Below are positions 27,879 through 34,984 of a stretch of 64,000 nt of DNA, one piece after another (within the stretch, counting starts at the first letter, position 1; each line of letters opens with the position of its first letter). Origin of the DNA: Patescibacteria group bacterium (GTDB lineage Bacteria > Patescibacteriota > Gracilibacteria > UBA1369 > LOWO2-01-FULL-3); the NCBI GenBank assembly GCA_038065735.1, contig JBBTQK010000005.1, positions 363 to 64,362 on the forward strand. Direction: 5' to 3'. The notes beneath the pieces were generated by a model. That model was not told the DNA's origin. It worked only from the letters and a program-made list of their open reading frames with translations, and did not search any database. The translations under genes were made by a program, and so were the position numbers.

Positions 27879-28844
27879 TTATTTCAGAATCAATAAAATC
27901 AATCCAATCATGCGATCCTTTTCTTTTGGATTGCTTTCGGCAACTAGAAGCGTCAAAGAAGTAAGCGCTTCTGGATTCATGCGTAGGGGATTGAGAAGGC
28001 CGGCTTTTTTGAGAAACCATACAAAGGCAAAAGCGCCTGACCGTTTATTACCATCAATAAATGGATGATTTTTAACTGTAAAATAAAGGAGATGTGCAGC
28101 TTTTTCTTCCAGGGTTGGATATAAATCTTCTCCTCCAAATGACTGCAGGACATTGCCTAATATTCCTTCTATGCTTTGTTGTGGTCTGATAATACCAAAT
28201 AGATCACTAGCTTGCTTATTTTGGGTGAGGTTGGTTTTTAAATCTCCAAGAGCCTCCATCAATTCTTTTGCTGTAATTTCAAATTCTTTTTTTGTTGCTC
28301 CTTTTTTAGGGAAATTTTCTCTATCGTATGCATCAAGTGAAAACCAGGTATTGGCAAACATTTTCACTAATTCTAGAGCATCTGTTGCCTCCATAGCGCT
28401 TCCGGTTGGCAAGAGTGATCTTACTTGGTCAACTGCATTTAAGAATGCGCTATAGTTTTTTGTAAGTCTTTTTTTGTTGATTGTGTATCCATCAACAATG
28501 TGAGAATGAAGGGTTTTTGTTGCCCATTGGCGGAATTTTGTGGCATTTATAGAATTCACTCTATATCCAACGGATATAACTGCATCCAAGTTATAAAACT
28601 TTTGTTTTCTTTGAATACTTCTGCCACCTTCTGTTTGAACTTGTAAGGAATCCTTACAAGTTGAGTTTTGAGAAAGTTCGTTTTCGTTAAAAATATTTTT
28701 AAGATGAAGCGTTATGTTTTGAGGAGTAGTATTGAAAATTTGAGCAATTTGAGATTGGGTTGCCCAAAAAGTTTTATATGTTAAGTCTTTTTTAAGCTCA
28801 ATTGCTCCAGTTTTTGTTTGATAGATTATGATTTCATTTTTCAT
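27879..28844 (-). CDS. RhuM/ORF6N-type DNA-binding domain fused to a Fic/Doc domain
   Basis: 321 aa. The N-terminus (...IIIYQTKTGAIEL...YNLDAVISVGYRVNSINATKFRQWAT...) is RhuM-like. The C-terminus carries the Doc-type motif HPFIDGNKRSGA. Confidence 0.8.
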   Translation of the reverse strand: MKNEIIIYQTKTGAIELKKDLTYKTFWATQSQIAQIFNTTPQNITLHLKNIFNENELSQNSTCKDSLQVQTEGGRSIQRKQKFYNLDAVISVGYRVNSINATKFRQWATKTLHSHIVDGYTINKKRLTKNYSAFLNAVDQVRSLLPTGSAMEATDALELVKMFANTWFSLDAYDRENFPKKGATKKEFEITAKELMEALGDLKTNLTQNKQASDLFGIIRPQQSIEGILGNVLQSFGGEDLYPTLEEKAAHLLYFTVKNHPFIDGNKRSGAFAFVWFLKKAGLLNPLRMNPEALTSLTLLVAESNPKEKDRMIGLILLILK

Positions 28845-28867
28845 GGGATTTTCATAAGATTGGCCTA

Positions 28868-28896
28868 AGTATAGGTGAGTGCATACTCACCGTCAA
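28868..28896 (-). promoter_or_regulatory. sigma70-like promoter TTGACG-N17-TATACT with GGTGAGT-ATGC-ACTCACC palindrome in the spacer
   Basis: Read on the minus strand, about 24 nt upstream of the RhuM-Doc ATG. Same architecture as 39808-39836. Confidence 0.55.
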
Positions 28897-29061
28897 GGAG
28901 TTTTTGTTAAATAATACTCGATTACTGAAAAACGCCTTATGTAAGCCGTGAAATATAAATTGGCGCTGGTTATTTGACGGAATTAGATTTAATTCTTTAC
29001 AGTAAATCTTTTAATTCGGATTTAATGCTTTTTAAGTGTTTTGATCTGTTTGCTGAAATAA

Positions 29062-29205
29062 TTACTGATAATTACCTAATATATCTGCAAATTGCTTATC
29101 GAATGATAAGTCTAATTTACTCTTTTCATCTAATTTTTTCAAAACTTCTTCAAGTTCGTTTGCGGCTTTTTTAAAGTTTTCTATTTCAATTTGTTGTTTA
29201 TTCAT
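29062..29205 (-). CDS. possible 47-aa helical peptide
   Basis: ATG...TAA ORF giving MNKQQIEIENFKKAANELEEVLKKLDEKSKLDLSFDKQFADILGNYQ. It lies upstream of the RhuM-Doc gene but is separated from it by that gene's promoter. Confidence 0.25.
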   Translation of the reverse strand: MNKQQIEIENFKKAANELEEVLKKLDEKSKLDLSFDKQFADILGNYQ

Positions 29206-29335
29206 AATTGGGTCAAAAATGAAAACTCTCAGCTCTATCCCGTTAGGGAAAGCGGCGTAAACACCACCTTTTGAGCCAAGAGCAATTCCGTGGATATTTT
29301 AATACTAAAAATTGCTGTAGATCAAGATTTTATAC

Positions 29336-29410
29336 TGGCTCCCGAGGTCGGATTCGAACCGACGACCAACTCGTTAACAGCGAGCTGCGCTACCACTGCG
29401 CTACTCGGGA
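29336..29410 (-). tRNA. tRNA-Asn (anticodon GTT), CCA encoded
   Basis: Hand-folded cloverleaf: acceptor TCCCGAG/CTCGGGA, D arm GCGC-AGTGGTA-GCGC, anticodon arm GCTCG-CTGTTAA-CGAGT, T arm GTCGG-TTCGAAT-CCGAC, discriminator G plus CCA. 75 nt. Confidence 0.9.
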
Positions 29411-29465
29411 ACATTTACGGACAAAGCGCAGTATACTCAAGCAGGTTTTGTTTTTCAATATAAAT

Positions 29466-30638
29466 TTAGAGCTTTTGCAGTACCTTGATGTTGCGGGCCA
29501 CGATTTGCTCCTCTCTATCGTAAATAAAGCTCTCTAATATCTGGAAACCAGCCATTTTGGCGATTTCGTCGAATTTTGGGAAGTATTCTAAGCCACGGTC
29601 TTTCCTAAAAGCTGGGATACACATAACAATTTTAGCACTTCTCTTGAGAATACCAGCCGCCGCGCGAAGCCAGTTCAGATTCAAGTTGGATAATTCTCTG
29701 AAAATTTTCTCACATTTATCAGCAGATGGTGGCTGTGATTGCGGCTCACCAAGGTAAGTTTCTGTAACAATCGCATCAATATCAATTTTAAGGTCTCCTG
29801 GAATCAAAAATCTTGCGTCTTTGCAAAACAAATCATAGTTCACCGGATTTTTAATTCTGGTTTTGATCCATTCCATATTCTCTTGAGTATAATCAATCAT
29901 TCTCTGATCAATGTCTGAGCCAATCATCCCTTTTTTAGCCATAATCGCGGCCTCCATCAACACAGTGCCTGTGCCGCAAAATGGATCATAGATAGTTTTA
30001 GTATAAGGTCCGGCCAGGTTAATCATCACTTGAGCTAATTTTGGCGGTAACATGCCAACTTTGGCGTCTCGCTTTGGTTTGTTGTAGTCACGTTCGGAGT
30101 AGAAATCGATGTTTTGGATAGTCACGGCTTCTCCCAAAAAGAAAGTATCTTCGCCTCTAATAATATTAATATCAGTGCCTTTTTCGATTACGCGAGCCTT
30201 ATAAATGGTCGAAGATCTCGTGTTTTCAAAGTTTTTATTTACGAATCTACTATTCAAACCTAAAGATTTTAGAATTTTTTTAGAAAAATTTAATAAGTTT
30301 TTGATATTAATTAACTTAGGATTTTTAAAACTTAATAAAGTTATGCTAAAAGGGATTTTGCCAGAACGGGTTTGGAAGTTGTCCATCAGATGGTTTTCGA
30401 TGAATTTCATGAACTCTTTTTCATCCAAGGCATCTATTTTTTTGCTGATTTTGACAATTTTGATAGTGCCGCCAAGTGAGTCCTGGACGTTCTGGATTCT
30501 GTCCTCCTGTTCTTTTTCTAACTTAAAAATGGCAGTGTCGAGATTTCTTTCGACAAGGGCTTTTTCGCCAAGCACTGCGATTAATTCTGCAAAGCAAAGA
30601 TCTTTTTTGCGTCCCAATTCAAATGCGTACAAATTCAT
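29466..30638 (-). CDS. SAM-dependent RNA (tRNA/rRNA) methyltransferase, Trm11/UPF0020-like
   Basis: 390 aa with SAM motif I DPFCGTGTVLMEAA, preceded by a THUMP-like N-terminal region. Confidence 0.7.
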   Translation of the reverse strand: MNLYAFELGRKKDLCFAELIAVLGEKALVERNLDTAIFKLEKEQEDRIQNVQDSLGGTIKIVKISKKIDALDEKEFMKFIENHLMDNFQTRSGKIPFSITLLSFKNPKLINIKNLLNFSKKILKSLGLNSRFVNKNFENTRSSTIYKARVIEKGTDINIIRGEDTFFLGEAVTIQNIDFYSERDYNKPKRDAKVGMLPPKLAQVMINLAGPYTKTIYDPFCGTGTVLMEAAIMAKKGMIGSDIDQRMIDYTQENMEWIKTRIKNPVNYDLFCKDARFLIPGDLKIDIDAIVTETYLGEPQSQPPSADKCEKIFRELSNLNLNWLRAAAGILKRSAKIVMCIPAFRKDRGLEYFPKFDEIAKMAGFQILESFIYDREEQIVARNIKVLQKL

Positions 30639-30668
30639 ATATTTTTATAATTTAACCAAAGTTAGTTT

Positions 30669-30830
30669 ATGTTAAACGAAATTCGAAAAATGTCAATTGA
30701 GCAGTGGTTTGTAATTCTGCTGATTTTGCTGGCTTTTGTGCTTGGTTTGGTCACGGGTTATGCTTATTTTCGCTACTGGAAAATAGAAACCTGTAAGCCG
30801 TCAATAGAAGTAGGGGATTTTGGCGAATAA
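30669..30830 (+). CDS. possible 53-aa single-TM peptide
   Basis: ATG...TAA ORF giving MLNEIRKMSIEQWFVILLILLAFVLGLVTGYAYFRYWK..., with one clear hydrophobic helix. Confidence 0.3.
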   Translation: MLNEIRKMSIEQWFVILLILLAFVLGLVTGYAYFRYWKIETCKPSIEVGDFGE

Positions 30831-30890
30831 AATCTTGTCATAGTTGTAAGTAGTCGGGTATGTTGCTGTCGTATTTTAACCCAAGAGCTT

Positions 30891-31358
30891 ATGGCGTATT
30901 CCCTAAACAAGGCACAATTAATTGGTAATTTGACTCGAGATCCAGAGATCCGTCAGATTCCTGGTGGTCAGTCAGTAGCGACTTTTGGCATTGCGACAAA
31001 TTTTACTTGGACTGATTCAAGTGGTGCAAAGCAAAATAAAGCTGAATATCACAATATCGTAGCTTGGAGGAAATTGGCTGAGATCATCGGCCAGTACCTA
31101 AAAAAAGGTAGCAAAATTTACGTAGAAGGTCGTATGCAGACTAGAGAATGGGAAGGGGAAGATGGTGTAAAGAGATACCGCACAGAAATTATCGCCGACA
31201 ACATGATCATGCTTGATAGCAAAGGAAACGCTATGGGCGGTGAAAGAGAAGCAGGCGGCATCAGCAACAAGTCTGAAGATTACTCACAGCAGGAAGAAGC
31301 CCCAATGGTAGCTTCAGCTCCACAGGATGAGGTTAAGATTGATGATTTGCCATTCTGA
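30891..31358 (+). CDS. ssb: single-stranded DNA-binding protein
   Basis: 155 aa with an OB-fold N-terminus (NKAQLIGNLTRDPE...), a Gly/Gln-rich linker and an acidic C-terminal tip ending DDLPF. Confidence 0.95.
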   Translation: MAYSLNKAQLIGNLTRDPEIRQIPGGQSVATFGIATNFTWTDSSGAKQNKAEYHNIVAWRKLAEIIGQYLKKGSKIYVEGRMQTREWEGEDGVKRYRTEIIADNMIMLDSKGNAMGGEREAGGISNKSEDYSQQEEAPMVASAPQDEVKIDDLPF

Positions 31359-31405
31359 TCTTGAAGAATTTGCAATTAGAGAATTATTAGTGATACCTTG
31401 ATTCC

Positions 31406-32719
31406 ATGAAAAAAATTTTATTGTGGTCTGGAGGTATCCTAATTTTTTTGATTCTAGGTGTTGGTTATCTGTTTTTCTTTTATCCTGATGAAGAACTAAA
31501 GTCTTTTAAAGAGCTTGAGTTAAATTTGCCAAATATTTCTGAAGAAGAAAATGGGTATAAGTATCTGATTCAGGCTTACGAGGCTTTTAAGTTACCTGAG
31601 GCGGTAGAAGCAATTGATTATGGGCTGGAAAGTGATGGTAAGGTGGAGATGTCTGAAATTGCAGAGTTATTTGCTCCTGCAGAGGAGGATGATTATGGTA
31701 AATTAATGAGTCAAATTTATGGTGAGAGTGGGGAATTAGTGGATCTTGAGAGTATGCCTGATTTTTATCCATTTCTAAAACTAAATAGTGAAGCTTTGAT
31801 TCTAATGGATAAGGCCAATGAATTTGATTATATAATTCAAGATTTTGATTTAGCAAATACTGATTTAAATTATTTAGTTTCAAGGGGACTTATGATTGAG
31901 AACTCTATAGCTGCTGATAGATTATTGGTTTATAGAGCTTTGTACACTTTGCAACAAGGTGATCAGAATAGAGCTATGGAAAGAATTTTTGCTTTAATAG
32001 ATTTTCATAATAAAAAGCTTCTTTTTCCTAATTCTTTAATTGGATATTTGATGAATAATGCCTCTATAAAAAGTGTATTCGACGTTTTAGATTTAGTTCT
32101 AGAGACTGGTGATTTGAGTAAGGAAGATTATCAAAAACTACTGAACTATTTAAATGATTTTGAGCCTAATTTTACGACTGGTTGGGAGAATGCTGTAAAA
32201 ATTGAATTTAATACTAATATGAATTATATTACTGCTCTAAAGAAAATTGGTGAAACTAGTGGCGGGTTTTTTGATAAAAGTAGGTTTCATTTCCAAGTTA
32301 ATAAGACAAAAAATGCATTTGCTGAGCGTTTTAAAAAGATGATTGATGATCCTTTTTATTCTTTTGAAGAAGAAGACAGTTTATTGATGAGAAAGGGGAG
32401 CAGTATGTTGTTTAGCCAAAATTCTGTTGGCAAAGCTATAATGTATGGCTTCTTGCCTAGTCTTTTTGGCTGTAAACCATTTATTACAACTTTTGATTTT
32501 AATTCTATGCGCTTGTTGGTTGCTATTAAGCTTTATGAAATTGAGAACGGTGAAGTACCAGATAGATTAGAAGATCTTGTGCCTGGTTACTTTGAGGATT
32601 TAGAGTGGTTGGATTTTAACGGCGAAAGAATGATTAATTATAAACCGACTGGGATTTTATATTCAGATTTCTTAGTGAAGAATTGTAATGACGAGAAATC
32701 TGTTAAGTTACTCAAATAA
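31406..32719 (+). CDS. membrane-anchored hypothetical protein
   Basis: 437 aa with one N-terminal TM helix. No family recognised. Confidence 0.6.
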   Translation: MKKILLWSGGILIFLILGVGYLFFFYPDEELKSFKELELNLPNISEEENGYKYLIQAYEAFKLPEAVEAIDYGLESDGKVEMSEIAELFAPAEEDDYGKLMSQIYGESGELVDLESMPDFYPFLKLNSEALILMDKANEFDYIIQDFDLANTDLNYLVSRGLMIENSIAADRLLVYRALYTLQQGDQNRAMERIFALIDFHNKKLLFPNSLIGYLMNNASIKSVFDVLDLVLETGDLSKEDYQKLLNYLNDFEPNFTTGWENAVKIEFNTNMNYITALKKIGETSGGFFDKSRFHFQVNKTKNAFAERFKKMIDDPFYSFEEEDSLLMRKGSSMLFSQNSVGKAIMYGFLPSLFGCKPFITTFDFNSMRLLVAIKLYEIENGEVPDRLEDLVPGYFEDLEWLDFNGERMINYKPTGILYSDFLVKNCNDEKSVKLLK

Positions 32720-32728
32720 AAAAATAAG

Positions 32729-32801
32729 GGACACCCTGTCAAATTTCACGTGACGAACCTTGTAAAAAAGGTTGATGGTCAGAGGTGGACAGAGTGTCCC
32801 A
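32729..32801 (+). other. long imperfect hairpin directly after the stop at 32719
   Basis: GGGACACCCTGTC (32729-32741) pairs with GACAGAGTGTCCC (32789-32801). An inner AACCTT/AAGGTT hairpin sits in between. Confidence 0.5.
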
Positions 32802-32809
32802 ACGTATTG

Positions 32810-32838
32810 CTCTTTAAAAAAAGAGCGGTTTGTTTTGC
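32810..32838 (+). terminator. rho-independent terminator
   Basis: GCTCTTT-AAAA-AAAGAGC stem-loop followed by GGTTTGTTTTG. Confidence 0.6.
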
Positions 32839-33086
32839 AAGAGCTTCCAACTATCTCCTGCGAATTGGTCAATCACTTGTTCTAAGCAATGTGACCGGCC
32901 CCCCTACCGTCCTTTGGTGATTTGTTTTAGAACGTTGCAGCACCAGCCGTTCAGTTTTGTTTTTGTTTTTTTTGATCATTCTCACACATGTTTGCATGGG
33001 AATGAGGAAATTGTGTTTTTGTTTTATCCCTTCATTTTATTTTGAAATAAAGGGAGCTTTAGGTGGTAGTAGTTGGCTACCAGCGA

Positions 33087-33153
33087 AAAGTAGGGAGTAG
33101 AGACAGAGACTTTTTTATTATTGTTTTTGCTCTGCCTCTATTCCCCACTTTTC
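33087..33153. other. 23-bp stem hairpin in the gmk upstream region
   Basis: AAAAGTAGGGAGTAGAGACAGAG pairs with CTCTGCCTCTATTCCCCACTTTT. The plus strand has 2 A.C mismatches and 1 G.U. The minus strand has 2 G.U and 1 C.A. Confidence 0.5.
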
Positions 33154-33286
33154 ACATAGGGTTTGGGGGCTTGTTTTTAAAGGGTCAAAAATAACTGAAT
33201 AAATTAGAGTATTATATCATAAATTTTTAGGGTTTTCAATAGCTCAAGTTATGGATATAATCATGCCCGACCTGTAACCCATCAAA

Positions 33287-33868
33287 ATGACTGGAAAATT
33301 GTTTCTCATCGTAGGACCGTCCGGATCTGGCAAAGGCACTGTAATCAAGGAATTACAGAGGAAATACAAGGGTTTTGTGTATCCGATTTCTTATACAACC
33401 CGTCAGCCTAGAGATGGTGAGGAGGATGGGCAAGTTTACCATTTCATCACTAAGGACAAATTTAAGGAAATGATCGAGGCAGGGGAGTTTTTGGAATATG
33501 CGACGGTTCATTCTGATAATTTTTATGGCACTGCAAAAAAGGAGATTCTCGAGGCACTTGAGGGTTCAGCAGTAGTAATTAGAGAAGTGGATATGCAGGG
33601 TTTTCATTCTATAAAAAATTTAGTACCAAAAGAGAATTTAGTATCGATTTTTATGAAAGTGATTAGTGAAGAAGACTTAAGCGAGAGAATTTTACGCCGC
33701 GGTGAAATCAGCGAAGACGAGCTAAACAAGCGTATGGAAAGCGCCCGCAAAGAGATTGCTCAATCCGGCGACTGTGACTATCAAGTCGAAAACGAATGGG
33801 GCTATGCCATGCGTTGCGTGACCTCAGTTGAGAAGATCGTGCTTGATGAGATCAAGAATTTGTATTAG
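33287..33868 (+). CDS. gmk: guanylate kinase
   Basis: 193 aa with P-loop GPSGSGKGT, and the YTTRQPRDGE and YHF motifs. Confidence 0.95.
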   Translation: MTGKLFLIVGPSGSGKGTVIKELQRKYKGFVYPISYTTRQPRDGEEDGQVYHFITKDKFKEMIEAGEFLEYATVHSDNFYGTAKKEILEALEGSAVVIREVDMQGFHSIKNLVPKENLVSIFMKVISEEDLSERILRRGEISEDELNKRMESARKEIAQSGDCDYQVENEWGYAMRCVTSVEKIVLDEIKNLY

Positions 33869-34107
33869 TTCTTTCTAATTAGGAAAATCATAGAAACCAA
33901 TGCTGTCACTGTAGCAACCAAAAAGCCTACGGAGAGCAGGTTTTCTGATACCGCCCAGGAATATTCGCGAGCTAGGTCGTAGTAAACGTAAATTCCGAAG
34001 GTGATGACAAAACCGAGTATGTAGGCTTTGCCTCTGAATGCTGCGACAAGAGCGAGTAGGGCAATTACAACTTCGAGGACGATTGAAACTACAGGGATGA
34101 TGTTCAT
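33865..34107 (-). CDS. small membrane protein (80 aa, 2-3 TM)
   Basis: Strongly hydrophobic ORF. Preferred over the overlapping 151-aa ORF in another frame. Confidence 0.5.
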   Translation of the reverse strand: MNIIPVVSIVLEVVIALLALVAAFRGKAYILGFVITFGIYVYYDLAREYSWAVSENLLSVGFLVATVTALVSMIFLIRKN

Positions 34108-34139
34108 AAGGTGTGGTTAGGGGATTGAGAGAGTTTAAT

Positions 34140-34385
34140 TTATAACTTTCTGACACCTGTGATTTTTGAAACACCTTTGCTGGCAGATTTAAGCCAGTCG
34201 ACGAATTTTTGAATAGCTGCCATGTCGTTGTGGGCAAGGGTGACGGTGAGAGCATCGTGCGAACGAAGAGCAAAGGTGGCGCTGAGGCCATGATGCTTGT
34301 GCTCTCGAATTGGACGTTCAATGTACTCAAGAAAAAAAGAAGTTTGTACGTTCACACCTTTGACTTCGTAATTGTATTGGAGCAT
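34140..34385 (-). CDS. hypothetical 81-aa protein (possibly a divergent acylphosphatase-like fold)
   Basis: The pattern ...VKGVNVQTSFF...GLSATF...VTLAHNDMAAIQKFVDWLKS... loosely follows acylphosphatase topology, but the canonical VQGVGFR motif is absent. Confidence 0.4.
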   Translation of the reverse strand: MLQYNYEVKGVNVQTSFFLEYIERPIREHKHHGLSATFALRSHDALTVTLAHNDMAAIQKFVDWLKSASKGVSKITGVRKL

Positions 34386-34403
34386 GGGGAGAATTGTAAT
34401 AGT

Positions 34404-34835
34404 TTATTTAGTTGTATCCTGACTAAATTCTACGGTCCATTCAATACCATATTTGTCTCTAAGCATTCCAAAGTGTGAACCCCAAGGGCTCTCTGCCATC
34501 GGCATTTCAACTGTTCCGCCTGAGGAAAGTCCAGCGAATAATTTGTCTGCTTCTTCTTTGCTTTCTGCACTAATTGAAATTTTAGATCTGTTTTCGTTTT
34601 CATTTACTCGGCCCAAAATTTCTGGAACGTCATTGGCTATTAAAATGTTTTTGCCAATAGGTAAAGCAATGCGCATTATTTTATTGGCTTCATTTTCTGG
34701 TACTGGGAATTCAGCGCTTGAAATGTCTTTGAAACGAGTAATCTTTGTGAATTCTCCGCCAAAAACTGATCTGTAAAATGTGAAAGCTTCTTCGGCATTG
34801 CCGTTGAAGTTAATGTGAGGATTAATTTGTGCCAT
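34404..34835 (-). CDS. VOC-family (glyoxalase/PhnB-like) protein
   Basis: Start moved to the internal ATG (MAQINPHINFNGNAEEAFTFYRSVFGG...), which is the typical PhnB-like N-terminus. The longer ORF would run into repeat copy A. Confidence 0.8.
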   Translation of the reverse strand: MAQINPHINFNGNAEEAFTFYRSVFGGEFTKITRFKDISSAEFPVPENEANKIMRIALPIGKNILIANDVPEILGRVNENENRSKISISAESKEEADKLFAGLSSGGTVEMPMAESPWGSHFGMLRDKYGIEWTVEFSQDTTK

Positions 34836-34858
34836 AGGTTTGATTGTTAATTGGTAAT

Positions 34859-34905
34859 TTGGCCACGCTTGACACAAATCTGCTGATTTGGCTGAGAGTT
34901 ACTGG
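34859..34905 (-). repeat. structured intergenic element, copy A (3' part truncated)
   Basis: TTGGCCACGCTTGACACAAATCTGCTGATTTGGCTGAGAGTTACTGG, with the hairpin CAAATC-TGCT-GATTTG at 34875-34890. Confidence 0.8.
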
Positions 34906-34932
34906 ACAAAGTTCGAACCATTATCGAAACCC

Positions 34933-34960
34933 ATCATACAGAATTTAGTATATTTGTAAA
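34933..34960 (-). promoter_or_regulatory. candidate sigma70-like promoter TTTACA-N16-TATGAT upstream of copy A and the VOC gene
   Basis: Hexamers read on the minus strand. It would place copy A in the 5' leader. Confidence 0.35.
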
Positions 34961-34984
34961 AACTGTGTTTCAGTTATTAAATCT

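Noticed and set aside
32830-33045. 71-aa ORF in the long gmk-upstream gap.
   Set aside because: It uses a non-ATG start and has Cys/Phe/Pro-rich, unprotein-like composition. It also spans a T-run terminator-like tract, so the region is treated as non-coding.
32720-33286. RNase P RNA, tmRNA, SRP RNA or 6S RNA in the long gap.
   Set aside because: Neither strand has a GGAAAGTCC (P4) motif, a tRNA-like GGTTCGAATCC...CCA end, or a GNRA-capped helix with AGCA/GGAA SRP signatures. 6S cannot be excluded by eye, so the region is left as unclassified.
33875-34330. 151-aa ORF overlapping the 80-aa membrane ORF and the 81-aa ORF.
   Set aside because: Its Ser/Pro/Arg-rich translation is typical of an off-frame read. 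The two shorter same-strand ORFs have coherent hydrophobic or globular composition.
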